Shown piece after piece: positions 8,645-18,622 of a stretch of 64,000 nt of DNA. The notes beneath the pieces were generated by a model, which had not been told where the DNA came from, did not search any database, and saw only the letters and a program-made list of their open reading frames with translations. This DNA comes from Candidatus Methanosuratincola verstraetei (GTDB taxonomy: Archaea; Thermoproteota; Methanomethylicia; Methanomethylicales; Methanomethylicaceae). Numbering within the stretch: the stretch's first letter is position 1; each line of letters begins with the position of its first letter. Made by a program: the position numbers and the translations under genes. The stretch is taken from positions 1,216,001 through 1,280,000 of the forward strand of contig CP186953.1 of assembly GCA_049570475.1 (NCBI GenBank). Direction: 5' to 3'.

Positions 8645-10870
8645 ATGGACGCAAAGAAGATTTTTAGTCTATCTATTGTTGCAGTTCTATTGCTTCCAGC
8701 GATATTCGTTGCATTCCCTCTCGTTGCAGCAACCATCACTGAAAGGCCGATGGTCTTCGACGGGGACTATTACGCTGATCCGATTACCGTGCCTGCAGGC
8801 GGCAACATCAACATCTGGACCGGAGACATGACGATCACAGGCGCCCAGGTCTGGCTCTGGCTGTCCAACTCGGGCAGCGCCGACGCCAACCAGAACAACG
8901 GGGACAGGTGGTACGCCGGCCCGTTCTACGTGGGCGACATACTCAGTGCAACCCCGACAACCAAAACATTCACACCTGCTAGCGGAAATATTGGATCGCC
9001 GTTCACCATGGAGGGGCGGAACTACACCTTCACAGTCGGCAACGGATGGATAAACGGCACAGTGCCCTACATGGTCCAGGGCGGAATCGACTACTGGATC
9101 AAGGTTACCGACGTCGACCCGGTGACCACCCCGTCGATACCCTCTTCAGATGTTGGCGTCTCGACAAACAGGATCAGGTTTAGCGGCTCATTCTACATGA
9201 CGCCTATATCAGGAGCGCCCAATACCCCGGTGACAGTCTCTGGTTACGCCCTTCCGGCTGACATGACCTACAACATCACGCAAAACGAGGCATTCGTTGC
9301 AAATGTCTCCGTCGTGACCCACAACGAGTCCGGCTGGATATGGACAGGCTTCACATACACCTTCCCGATTGTGGACCTAAAGAATAAGGTCGAATGCGAA
9401 GGGCAATTGGATTATGAGGATCTTCCTCTCTATGAAACCGTCACAGTTTCAATCTCTGACGAAGATGCAAACCCTGTGGCGTCCTTTGGCTTCGACCAGT
9501 ACTACAGGGAAGTGTTTGTTGATAACGATGCTTGGGCTTGCTTAGTTGACGACGGCGATTCTTCGTCGTTAGCTCCCCATGGTTGCGATTTTGAGTGCGG
9601 CTTGATCTTCTACACCGGTGAGCAGTACAATGTCTCGCTTTGGTTCTTCCCGTACAACGGCCAGGCTAGGATATACCTCAACTCAACCCTTGTAGCCCAG
9701 AACATTGCGCTGAACGCCAGCGGAGCTGTGGCTGACTACACGATCACAATACCGCAGATCCCATCCGGCAACTACACATTCAGGGTAATCGACAACAACA
9801 ACGTTGAGTACAACTTCACTGTCTGCGTGCTCCAGATACCGACCATCACATTCGACCCCAACAAGGGCGGATGCGGCGACCAGGTGACCCTCAAGTTCGT
9901 CAACATGGCTGACTGGGTAGGCGAGTACGTCACCGTCTGGTTCGACTACACCCCGGCATATTACGAGGTGGATACCGACCTAGTGATGCTGGCGAACTTC
10001 ACGGTCCCTAGCTCGAGCTTCCAGATCACCGTTACAGTGCCCCACTCCGCGGGCGGCCCGAGGTACGTCTTCCTCGGTAACATAAACGGCACGCCACTCA
10101 CATACGGACCAATAAATGAGTGGATCGACACCTACTTCACCGTGACCCCGAAGGTCTGGGTTGACCCAGCCTCCTTCAGCAACGACGGCACTACCTTCTG
10201 GGTCTACGGCTGCGGTTTCGAAGCAGGTGAAGGTGTTGGAGGATATTACGTTGACATTGACAACCAGGGTTTGGCAATTGGAAACCAAGCTTGGGTTTAT
10301 CCTAACGCCACTAACGGTGACATTGCAGTCCAGCTAGTCAAGGCAGGCTTTAGACCCGGGCTCCATGTGGTTTCGTTCTACAACTATAATGATGGTCCAA
10401 GCTATTCGATCTACGCCTACGCCACATTCACTGTTGCGACCACCGGCGACCTCGTCGTCGGCGACCTCATGAACTACATGAACTCCTCGTTCTCGAGCCT
10501 CAACGCCAAGCTCGTGGCAATCGAGGATGACATCGCAACCGTGCAGACGACCCTCGGCACAATGCAGACCAGCATCAACAACCTCGACGCCAAGGTGGTA
10601 GCCCTCCAGGGCAACATGGCAACCGTCCAGACGATCCTCGGGCAGATCAACGGCACAGTGACCGCCATCAACGGCAACGTAGCTACCATAAAGACCGACG
10701 TGGGCACGATCAAGGCCGACGTCTCGGCAGTGAAGGCTGACACAACCACGATGAAGGGCTTCCTGCCAGTTGACATGACCCCGGTCTGGATCGCAGTGGT
10801 GCTCGCGCTCATCGCAGCAATAGCCTCCATCTACTCCATAGTCGTCATAAGGAGCAAGATCGCGGCTTAA
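8645..10870 (+). CDS. Secreted membrane-anchored surface (S-layer/stalk-like) glycoprotein
   Basis: Signal peptide, beta-rich T/V/Y/N sequence with many N-x-S/T sequons, C-terminal repeats (NAKLVAIEDDIATVQT / DAKVVALQGNMATVQT / NGTVTAINGNVATIKT) and a terminal TM helix. Confidence 0.7.
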   Translation: MDAKKIFSLSIVAVLLLPAIFVAFPLVAATITERPMVFDGDYYADPITVPAGGNINIWTGDMTITGAQVWLWLSNSGSADANQNNGDRWYAGPFYVGDILSATPTTKTFTPASGNIGSPFTMEGRNYTFTVGNGWINGTVPYMVQGGIDYWIKVTDVDPVTTPSIPSSDVGVSTNRIRFSGSFYMTPISGAPNTPVTVSGYALPADMTYNITQNEAFVANVSVVTHNESGWIWTGFTYTFPIVDLKNKVECEGQLDYEDLPLYETVTVSISDEDANPVASFGFDQYYREVFVDNDAWACLVDDGDSSSLAPHGCDFECGLIFYTGEQYNVSLWFFPYNGQARIYLNSTLVAQNIALNASGAVADYTITIPQIPSGNYTFRVIDNNNVEYNFTVCVLQIPTITFDPNKGGCGDQVTLKFVNMADWVGEYVTVWFDYTPAYYEVDTDLVMLANFTVPSSSFQITVTVPHSAGGPRYVFLGNINGTPLTYGPINEWIDTYFTVTPKVWVDPASFSNDGTTFWVYGCGFEAGEGVGGYYVDIDNQGLAIGNQAWVYPNATNGDIAVQLVKAGFRPGLHVVSFYNYNDGPSYSIYAYATFTVATTGDLVVGDLMNYMNSSFSSLNAKLVAIEDDIATVQTTLGTMQTSINNLDAKVVALQGNMATVQTILGQINGTVTAINGNVATIKTDVGTIKADVSAVKADTTTMKGFLPVDMTPVWIAVVLALIAAIASIYSIVVIRSKIAA

Positions 10871-10905
10871 GCCGCGACCCTGCATTTTTCCCTTTTTTTA
10901 TTATT
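10860..10905 (+). terminator. Palindrome plus oligo-T terminator
   Basis: Perfect 18-bp palindrome TCGCGGCTTAAGCCGCGA centred on the stop codon, followed by TTTTTCCCTTTTTTT. Confidence 0.6.
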
Positions 10906-11070
10906 AATGTTCCGTAATTCTCCCAACCTTGAATTTCCCAAGTTCTCATCTCATTCAAAACGCCGATGGCTTGCGGGATCAGCAGCTGAAAAGCGCAGTT
11001 CAGGGTCGGTGCATTCCCCATTCTGGGAAAGATGCCGTGGGATCCGCTGCCGCAGCCGTGGCGCCGTAGA

Positions 11071-11934
11071 TCATCTGCTCTCGTCCAGGAAATCCGTCAA
11101 CTCCTTGGCAGTTGGGAGCCCTTCCCTGGCGCCGCGCTTCTGGATCTTCAAAGCAGCAGCCCCGCACCCCCAACTCAGCGCTTCCTCCGCGCCCCTCCCG
11201 CCCAGGGCGGCCGCGATGAACCCGGCGTCGAACGCGTCCCCTGCGCCAGTGGTGTCTACAGCCTTTGCGGCGAATGCGGGGCAGTGCGCCTCCCTCTCCC
11301 TGGAGTAGTATGAAGCGCCGCGGGCGCCCCGCTTCACCACCGCCGCGCCGACCGCCCCGAGCGCAGCCTGGGCCCCTCCAATGAGGCCGAGCTCCTCCTC
11401 GTTCAAGAGCAGGAAGTCGACGCCCGCCAAATCATTGGGCGAGAATTGCCTAACGCCCCCTCCTGGATCGAATGAGACCATTGCGCCCCCTTTCCTCTTC
11501 ATCACTTCCTGGAATGCCCTCTTCGGGACGTTTGCGATGTGGATCAGCCTGCACCCTGAAAAATCAGCCCTTTTTGCAGCCTCTGCTATCATCTCGTTTG
11601 CCCCCCTCCACGCCACCATCGTCCTCATGCCCCCCTCAACAAGCACGCATACCGTCCCAGTCCCGAGATCGCACTCGAGTACGCCCTCCGTCCCGACGCC
11701 TTCATCCCTCAGCGCCTCAAGGGCATCCCTCCCGAAGAGATCCCTCCCGACGCAACCGACGACCGAGCAGGGCATCCCTAGCCTGGCGATCCCGACAGCG
11801 AAGTTGGCTGCCGACCCCCCGTGGGAAAGCATGAACCCTTCTGCAAGGGACTCCGAGTCCCTCCCGGGGAACTCGCTCATGTAAAATGCGAGATCCACGT
11901 TTATGTTCCCGACCGAAGCGACCTTGCCCCCCAA
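11071..11934 (-). CDS. PfkB/ribokinase family carbohydrate or nucleoside kinase
   Basis: GGSAANFA, VGRDLFG, FDPG, NEEE, VDTTGAGDAFDAG. Confidence 0.92.
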   Translation of the reverse strand: MGGKVASVGNINVDLAFYMSEFPGRDSESLAEGFMLSHGGSAANFAVGIARLGMPCSVVGCVGRDLFGRDALEALRDEGVGTEGVLECDLGTGTVCVLVEGGMRTMVAWRGANEMIAEAAKRADFSGCRLIHIANVPKRAFQEVMKRKGGAMVSFDPGGGVRQFSPNDLAGVDFLLLNEEELGLIGGAQAALGAVGAAVVKRGARGASYYSREREAHCPAFAAKAVDTTGAGDAFDAGFIAAALGGRGAEEALSWGCGAAALKIQKRGAREGLPTAKELTDFLDESR

Positions 11935-12025
11935 ATTTCTTCACCCCCCTGGTGTGCTGCTGCCTCCCCTCAGCCAAACCGGCGATTCCCGGTTTGCGCT
12001 GCCGGCAGGCGCATCTGCGCAGCCC

Positions 12026-12703
12026 TCAGAGTATTACCCTTGCGTCGACTACCCTGCACCCCTTCTCGTAGGCAATCACCGGGTTCAGGTCTAGCTCCTT
12101 TATCCATGGGTTCTCGACCATCATCCTCGAGACCTTCAGGAGGGTATCAACAAGGGCGCCTGTGTCCGAGGGCTTCCTCCCCCTTACGCCCTTGAGCAGC
12201 GGGTATGCCTTGAGCTCTGAGATCATCTCCTCTGCGTCAAGCTCGGTTATCGGGGCGACCCTGAACGAGACATCCTTGAACACTTCGACGAAAATCCCTC
12301 CCAGCCCGAACATGAGCACAGGCCCGAACTGAGGGTCCCGCTTCGCCCCGACTATTGTCTCCACCCCCGGATTAGCCATCCTCTCGAGGAGCGCCCCCTC
12401 GAACCTGAAACCGTGCCCCTCGGCAATCCTCCTCATCCTCTCGAAGGCTTCAACAACCGCCCCTTCCCCGACATTCAGCTCCACCCCGCCCACATCCGAC
12501 TTGTGGACCACGTCCGGAGAAACGATCTTGACCGCCAGCGGGTACCCTATCTTAGCCCCTTCGACAGCCGCCTCCTCGGCGCTCCGCGCTACCGCCCATT
12601 CCCCCACTGGCAGGCCATAGCCCCTGCAGAGCTCCTTAGCCTCAGGCTCGAGTAGCCAACCCCTCTCCTTTCCCTTCGCAAGAACTGATTCCATGGAAAC
12701 CAT
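12026..12703 (-). CDS. ADP-forming acyl-CoA synthetase beta subunit (ATP-grasp)
   Basis: LLEPEAKEL, GYPLAVKIVSPDVVHKSDVGGV, DPQFGPVLMFGLGGIFVE, ELDLNP, VVDARV. Confidence 0.92.
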   Translation of the reverse strand: MVSMESVLAKGKERGWLLEPEAKELCRGYGLPVGEWAVARSAEEAAVEGAKIGYPLAVKIVSPDVVHKSDVGGVELNVGEGAVVEAFERMRRIAEGHGFRFEGALLERMANPGVETIVGAKRDPQFGPVLMFGLGGIFVEVFKDVSFRVAPITELDAEEMISELKAYPLLKGVRGRKPSDTGALVDTLLKVSRMMVENPWIKELDLNPVIAYEKGCRVVDARVIL

Positions 12704-12883
12704 CCCTGATCTAACGTGAACCGAAGATTTTTTAACCTCATCGGCGCCTTGTCGACTCCTTTGCTGCACCCCTCCTAAAAAGATGCATGCAGCGCCTGTT
12801 TGAATGCGTCTGGAATCCCCATGCTGCGAAAGTTTTAAAATTCCAGCCGCCCTTCATTCTTCAATCCGGTTGTGGTGCATTAA

Positions 12884-14821
12884 ATGCAGCATGTAGTGGC
12901 TAGGGACTCACCAGGGGAGAGGCACCTCCTCCTCGGCAACGAGGCTGTGGCTAGGGGTGCCATCGAGAGCAATGTGGAGGTGGCGGCTGCCTATCCTGGC
13001 ACGCCCTCATCTGAGATCGTGGAGACCCTCGCTCAGGTTGCAGACGAGGTGGGTATGCACGTCCAGTGGTCCACGAACGAGATGGTCGCCTTCGAGGTCG
13101 CGATCGGCGGCGCACTCTGCGGGAAGCGCAGCCTGGCTTCGATGAAGCACATAGGCGCCAACTGGATCATGGACCCGCTCATGCACGCTATCTACCATGG
13201 GTTCGACGCGGGGCTCCTCCTGATCTCGGCTGACGATCCTTCAGGTCACAGCTCTGCGAACGAGCAGGACAACAGGTACATGGCCCAGCTAGCGGAGATC
13301 CCAGCGATCGAGCCCTCGGACTTCCAGGAGGCAAAGGACTTCGTCGGGCATGCACTCGCCCTCTCAGAGGAGGTCCGGTTGCCCGTTATGCTCAGGCTTG
13401 TGACCAGGATATGCCATTCCAGGGGTGACTGCACGCTCGGACCCATGAGGAGGGAGAGGAAGCCCCCGCGGTTCTCGGACGACTACTACCGTGACTTCGT
13501 CCTGGGGGAGGGCATAGTCGGCCCCAAGGCGATACCAAAGCTCCACAGGATACAGCATGAGAAGCTGGCTAAGGTCGAGGGCGCCGCAGCCCGGATGGGT
13601 CTCTTCCGTTCGGAGCTCCCCGAGGGCGATCCGGCAGGGGGCTTGGGGATAATAGCCTCATCCGCGCCTGTCGGTTATGTCCTTGACTGCTTGAACTCGA
13701 GGGGGTTGAGGGGGAGGGTTGGCTTCCTGCGGCTTGGCCTATCCGTCCCCTTCCCGGAGAAGACGGTCTCGGATTTCGCCTCCTCATTCGAGAGGGTGCT
13801 GGTGGTGGAGGAGGGTGAGCCCTACATCGAGAGGCAACTTGCCGGTCTTGCAAAGGGCTCATTCCCCAGACTGGAGATCTATGGCAAGCTCTCGTCCCAC
13901 CTCCCTAGGGAGGGGGAGCTGAGCCTGTCTCTCGTAGACGACGCCTTGGCGTCCCTGCTCGGGCTTGAGAGGCGAGCCGTCCCCCCCGAGAAGCTCAAGC
14001 TGATGGAGCTCTCGTCAAGACTGCTCACCCCGAGGACGCTCACAATGTGCGCTGGGTGCCCACACAGGGCTGCGTACTATGCGGCGAAGAAGGCGACCCG
14101 CACAGTCGCCAACGCGAAGTACATCGCCATCGGCGACATCGGCTGCTACACTTTGGGGATGTACCCGCCTCTGCGCTTCATGCAGGACGTCTTCTGCATG
14201 GGCGGCAGCATAGGGGTCGCGAACGGCGTCGCGAAGTCGGGTATAACCGATCCCGTTATAGCTACGATAGGCGACTCGACATTCTACCACGCCGGGATCC
14301 CCGCGCTCATCAACGCCACGTTCAACCAGGCTAGCATAAAGGTGATGGTGCTGGACAATGAGGTCACTGCAATGACCGGCTACCAGCCCCACCCCGGGTG
14401 CGGTGAGACCGCAACAAAGAAGCCCACCAAGAAGGTCGCAATAGAGGACATCTGCAGGGCATGCGGCATCGAGTTCGTCAGGATAGTCGACCCGTACGAC
14501 TTTGGGTCAAGCGTCAAGGCGATGGAGGACGCGATAAGGTTCGAAGGCCCCGCAGTGGTGATCTTCAGGCGGATCTGCACCCAGGAGCACCTGAGGCGGG
14601 CGAGGCGGCAGGGGATCAGGATCGAGAAGTACCGCGTGGATCCGCAGAAGTGCATAGGTTGCAGGACATGCGTGGCTGCATTCGGATGCCCTGCTATAGG
14701 CTTTGACAGGGAGAAGAAGAAAGCATTCGTCGTGACGCTGGACTGCGTAGGCTGCGGTGTGTGTACTGCAGTCTGCCCCAATGGCGCATTTGCGATCGAC
14801 GAAGTGAGGGAGGTTTGCTGA
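12884..14821 (+). CDS. iorA: Indolepyruvate:ferredoxin oxidoreductase alpha subunit
   Basis: LLGNEAVARG, AYPGTPSSEI, CAGCPH, GDIGCY, IGDSTFYHAG, C-terminal 2x[4Fe-4S] motifs. Confidence 0.93.
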   Translation: MQHVVARDSPGERHLLLGNEAVARGAIESNVEVAAAYPGTPSSEIVETLAQVADEVGMHVQWSTNEMVAFEVAIGGALCGKRSLASMKHIGANWIMDPLMHAIYHGFDAGLLLISADDPSGHSSANEQDNRYMAQLAEIPAIEPSDFQEAKDFVGHALALSEEVRLPVMLRLVTRICHSRGDCTLGPMRRERKPPRFSDDYYRDFVLGEGIVGPKAIPKLHRIQHEKLAKVEGAAARMGLFRSELPEGDPAGGLGIIASSAPVGYVLDCLNSRGLRGRVGFLRLGLSVPFPEKTVSDFASSFERVLVVEEGEPYIERQLAGLAKGSFPRLEIYGKLSSHLPREGELSLSLVDDALASLLGLERRAVPPEKLKLMELSSRLLTPRTLTMCAGCPHRAAYYAAKKATRTVANAKYIAIGDIGCYTLGMYPPLRFMQDVFCMGGSIGVANGVAKSGITDPVIATIGDSTFYHAGIPALINATFNQASIKVMVLDNEVTAMTGYQPHPGCGETATKKPTKKVAIEDICRACGIEFVRIVDPYDFGSSVKAMEDAIRFEGPAVVIFRRICTQEHLRRARRQGIRIEKYRVDPQKCIGCRTCVAAFGCPAIGFDREKKKAFVVTLDCVGCGVCTAVCPNGAFAIDEVREVC

Positions 14822-14822
14822 G

Positions 14823-15434
14823 ATGGCTCTGAACAAGACGATCGAGATAGTCATATCCGGCGTCGGCGGGCAGGGGAACGTCAAGGGCGCCCAGATTCTC
14901 GGGGCTGCAGCAGTGAAGGCTGGCCTGCATGTGAGGGTCTCCGATGTCTTCGGCATAGCCCAGAGGGGAGGCCCTGTCTTGAGCCACGTCAGGATAGGCG
15001 ATGTAAACGGCACCATGGTAGACATGCACTCCGCGGACGCGGTAGTCGGGCTGGAGCCGATGGAGGCGCTCCGGGCAGCCTCGTCCTTCCTGAAGCCTGG
15101 GGGCACTGTAATAATGAGCACGAGGCCTATCTACCCTGTGGAGGTCAACACTGGAAAGGCGGATTACCCGCCGCTTCCTGCGATCCTGGACGCAATCCGG
15201 GTCGCAGCAGGCAGGGTGATCACGCTTGACGCTACAGAGGTCGCCTCATGCGCCGGGATACCCATGGCTGCGAACGTAGTCATGTTGGGCGTGCTAGCAG
15301 GCACCGGGATGCTCCCATTCGCTACTGATTACATAAAGGCGGCGATAAGGGAGATGATACCCAGGTCGGTTGAGGAGAACATCCGGGCCTTCGAAGAGGG
15401 CTTCTCCATCGGCAAGTCCGCCCCAAAGGGATGA
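14823..15434 (+). CDS. iorB: Indolepyruvate:ferredoxin oxidoreductase beta subunit
   Basis: GVGGQG, GIAQRGGPVLSHVRIG, EPMEALR, ANVVMLG. Directly follows iorA. Confidence 0.92.
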   Translation: MALNKTIEIVISGVGGQGNVKGAQILGAAAVKAGLHVRVSDVFGIAQRGGPVLSHVRIGDVNGTMVDMHSADAVVGLEPMEALRAASSFLKPGGTVIMSTRPIYPVEVNTGKADYPPLPAILDAIRVAAGRVITLDATEVASCAGIPMAANVVMLGVLAGTGMLPFATDYIKAAIREMIPRSVEENIRAFEEGFSIGKSAPKG

Positions 15435-15465
15435 ACCTTTTTTATGACTCTGTTCGAATGATAAT

Positions 15466-18400
15466 GTGATCGCCTTGTCAAAATCCCGCCGATCGCTCCT
15501 CCCTTTCCTGCTTTTGTTTGCGATCCTGCTAGCAGCGGTGCCTTCCTCCCAGTCCTCTGCGGGCCTGGCTTCCATAGTCTCTGAGAGCGGCACCGTGTAC
15601 CTTTACCACAATATGACTGCCGGGGAGGTCGAGCACTTGAGGGGCTCCTTCTTAATTGATTCGACAAGTGGATCTAACGCCATAATTGGAGGGCATGGGA
15701 CCGGCCTGGCTCCTCCCGATGATGAGGGGTGGGCAGCCCTCGCCGGGAGCGTTGTGATCGACTATGCGTTGCCCGGTGCCCCGATGGCGTCCTCTAGGCG
15801 GCTCGACCTGGATCCGTACTTCCCGCCTATCGGCGACCAGGGCATCCAGGGATCGTGCACCGCATGGGCGAGCGTCTACTATGCGTTGACGTACCTCCAG
15901 GCGAAGGCGCGCGGCTGGGCCGATGTCAGGACGAACCCCGCCCACGTCATGAGCCCTGCTTGGACCTACAACAAGCTGAACGGCGGGTCCGATCTCGGGT
16001 CTTGGTGCGACAGGAACATGCGGCTTGTCGCTGAGATCGGATCCGCCAGCATGGCAACAATGCCGTACAACCAGTACGACTGGCTCTCGTGGGGGAGCGA
16101 GCCCGCGTGGAGGGAGGCGCCCCTCTACAGGGCGGGCGGGTTCGCAACGGTGCGCCCCGACAACATCGACTCCATAAAGGCCCTGATCAACGACGGGTAC
16201 CTGGTCACCTTCTACATAGACGCTTCCTGCCCATGGTACTCTTCCTCGGACACGGTCCTCTCCTATGCCGAGTACACCGGCGGGTCCCCGAACCACGCAA
16301 ACGTGATCGTCGGCTATGACGACTCGGTCATCGATGGTGGTGACCAGGGCGCATTCAGGGTGGCGAACTCGTGGGGGGATGGCTTCAAAGACGGGGGCTT
16401 CTACTGGATCACCTATCGGACGATGAGCAAGATAAGCAGCTACTCGCCGATCGCGAACTCGTACCTGCCGAAGGGGGGTGGCATCTCATATGAGCCATTG
16501 GTGATCGCAACCTGGCAGCTGGATCCTGCAGGATCGTTGGACGGAGCCGTTGTCGTGGTTGGCGTGGGCGCACCCGAGTCGCCTCTCGCCTCGAAGGCCC
16601 CTTCGGATTATTGGAAGGCAGGCAAAAACTCGAAGATCCCCAACTTCATGTGCGTGGACATCACTGAGCTGAAGCCGTACATCGACACGGGCACAGGGGA
16701 GTTCTTCCTCACCGTCGGCAGGGGATCGGCAGCCTCGAGGATCGCCTCCTTCACCGTGGAGGTCTATTCTAGTTACAGCCTCCCGCCATCCCTGATATAC
16801 TCCTCCAGGGAGGTCCCGGCTTGGGCGCCCGCCACCGTCGCAATTACCGAAAGGCCCTCGGCGATATTCAGCTGGTCCCCCTTCTCCCCTCTGACATTCG
16901 AGCCGGTGCAGTTCACCGACGCCTCCTCCTCATACAACGGGACGATCGTTAGCTGGTACTGGTCTTTCGGCGATGGGACGCACTCCACATCAAAGAACCC
17001 TGTGCACTCCTACTCGTCTCATGGGCAATTCACCATATCGCTAACGGTGATGGACAGCAACGGGCTCTCATCCACAAGGTCCCAGGCGATAAGCGTGAGG
17101 AACCGCCTCCCCGAGATAAAGATTGTATCCCCTGAAGGCGGCAGCCTCTTCAGCGGGGTAGTTGAGCTGGCTGCATACGCATCTGACCTCGATGACGGGG
17201 TTTCAAAGGTCGATTTCTTCTATGAGTTGGGGGATCAATTGTTCTTCATCGGCACAAACCGGACAGCAATGCCTGAGGGCACATGGAGGCTCCAGTGGAA
17301 CACCTCCCCCCTCACAATCTCAGGCGTCCATGTCTTTGCAGTGGCTTTCGACGGTTTTGATTACAGCGCCCGGAGCTACCTTGATCAGCCGATAAGCCTT
17401 GACAACACGCCGCCTACACAGCCTTCTCCCAGATTCCCGAAGCCAGGATCGCGCACGGATGGGGCAGCGATGATCTCCTGGGAGCAGTCGACTGACGTTG
17501 GGAGCGGCATCCTCGGGTATATTGTCGAGCTCCGTGACGCGCAGGCGGGCTCAGCAGAGCCTGTCCTGATCGAGACAGAGCGCGCTCAATGCCAAGTCGA
17601 TCTCCACTCGGGGATGTGGATCTGGCGCGTGAGGGCTGTAGACCTGGCCGGGAACATGGGGGATTGGTCCCCCTCCAGCAATTTCATCGCCGACTCTTTC
17701 CTAGTGAATGAGAGCGGCCCAAGCTCCAGAAGGGTAGATCTCGGATCCGAGCAGGTCGTCTGGTTCAGGGTTTTCTACCAGTATGACGGGATGCCTTTCA
17801 CGCCTTCGAACGGCAGCGTCTTCATAAACGGATCGGCTGCATCATGGAATGGGAACCTCAGCCGCTGGGAGCTCTCCGTCTCAAGGACCTTGGTGGGCGA
17901 GGTCGCCATGCATGTATCTGCGGTACAGGACAACCATAATCCGGTGACCACAATCAACCGGACCGCCCCCCTGGCCTCCGTAGTCTTCGACCGGATCATC
18001 ATTGACAGGATCGATCCGGACGATCTTAGGGTCCAGGTGGGGCGGCAAGTCAATTTCAGCGTCATTGGGCATTATGAATACGACTCGAGGGAGTGGGTGG
18101 GCGAGTTTGTCCTGAACGACTCTTGCGCCAAAGATTCATTGGGGAGGTATTGCTACTCTGTCGAGAGCGTCACCGACGATCTATATGGCCTGACGAGTTT
18201 TGTGCAGCTCCCTCCCCCAGCCTCCGTAGTCTTCGACCGGATCCTACCCTGGGTCAATTACTCCGCCACGAGACCGGGCGAATGCGCGGTGTCGGTGCGC
18301 CTCCTTTACGCCTCTGACGGTTCGCCTGTGACAGGCGCGTCAGTCTCGATCAACGGCAGGCGTGCAGAGGATCTCGGGCATGGCAATTACGCGCTGGCGC

Positions 18401-18582
18401 TGGAGTCGTTTTTGCCTTACATGACCGTCAGTTCGGAGATCGAAGTCCAGAACTTTGATCCTGTCGCGACCGAGGAGGGGGTTTTGATGTCAGGGAACGC
18501 GTTTGTCTACATTGCTTCAGCTTCAGCGGCCGCCATTTCGCTTGCCCTCTTCCTGAAGCGTGCGCGCACAAAGCTTCATTGA
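15466..18582 (+). CDS. Secreted membrane-anchored papain-like (C1) cysteine protease with PKD and FN3/Ig-like domains
   Basis: Signal peptide, DQGIQGSCTAW (Gln/Cys), NHANVIVGYDD (His), ANSWG..F.DGGFYWI (Asn), PKD SWYWSFGDG, FN3-like WRVRAVDLAGN, C-terminal TM. Confidence 0.88.
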   Translation: MIALSKSRRSLLPFLLLFAILLAAVPSSQSSAGLASIVSESGTVYLYHNMTAGEVEHLRGSFLIDSTSGSNAIIGGHGTGLAPPDDEGWAALAGSVVIDYALPGAPMASSRRLDLDPYFPPIGDQGIQGSCTAWASVYYALTYLQAKARGWADVRTNPAHVMSPAWTYNKLNGGSDLGSWCDRNMRLVAEIGSASMATMPYNQYDWLSWGSEPAWREAPLYRAGGFATVRPDNIDSIKALINDGYLVTFYIDASCPWYSSSDTVLSYAEYTGGSPNHANVIVGYDDSVIDGGDQGAFRVANSWGDGFKDGGFYWITYRTMSKISSYSPIANSYLPKGGGISYEPLVIATWQLDPAGSLDGAVVVVGVGAPESPLASKAPSDYWKAGKNSKIPNFMCVDITELKPYIDTGTGEFFLTVGRGSAASRIASFTVEVYSSYSLPPSLIYSSREVPAWAPATVAITERPSAIFSWSPFSPLTFEPVQFTDASSSYNGTIVSWYWSFGDGTHSTSKNPVHSYSSHGQFTISLTVMDSNGLSSTRSQAISVRNRLPEIKIVSPEGGSLFSGVVELAAYASDLDDGVSKVDFFYELGDQLFFIGTNRTAMPEGTWRLQWNTSPLTISGVHVFAVAFDGFDYSARSYLDQPISLDNTPPTQPSPRFPKPGSRTDGAAMISWEQSTDVGSGILGYIVELRDAQAGSAEPVLIETERAQCQVDLHSGMWIWRVRAVDLAGNMGDWSPSSNFIADSFLVNESGPSSRRVDLGSEQVVWFRVFYQYDGMPFTPSNGSVFINGSAASWNGNLSRWELSVSRTLVGEVAMHVSAVQDNHNPVTTINRTAPLASVVFDRIIIDRIDPDDLRVQVGRQVNFSVIGHYEYDSREWVGEFVLNDSCAKDSLGRYCYSVESVTDDLYGLTSFVQLPPPASVVFDRILPWVNYSATRPGECAVSVRLLYASDGSPVTGASVSINGRRAEDLGHGNYALALESFLPYMTVSSEIEVQNFDPVATEEGVLMSGNAFVYIASASAAAISLALFLKRARTKLH
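17974..18243 (+). repeat. 24-bp exact direct repeat marking an internal domain duplication in the protease
   Basis: GCCTCCGTAGTCTTCGACCGGATC at 17974-17997 and 18220-18243 (ASVVFDRI twice, 82 codons apart). Confidence 0.8.
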
Positions 18583-18622
18583 AAGCCCCTGCGCCGCCGC
18601 ATGCCCGCATGGGCTTAGCGCC

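Noticed and set aside
11975-12012. Hairpins CAAACCGG/CCGGTTTG and CTGCCGGCAG between acdB and pfkB
   Set aside because: Short GC-rich stems with no T-tract or second copy seen. Not distinguishable from chance or a simple intercistronic structure.
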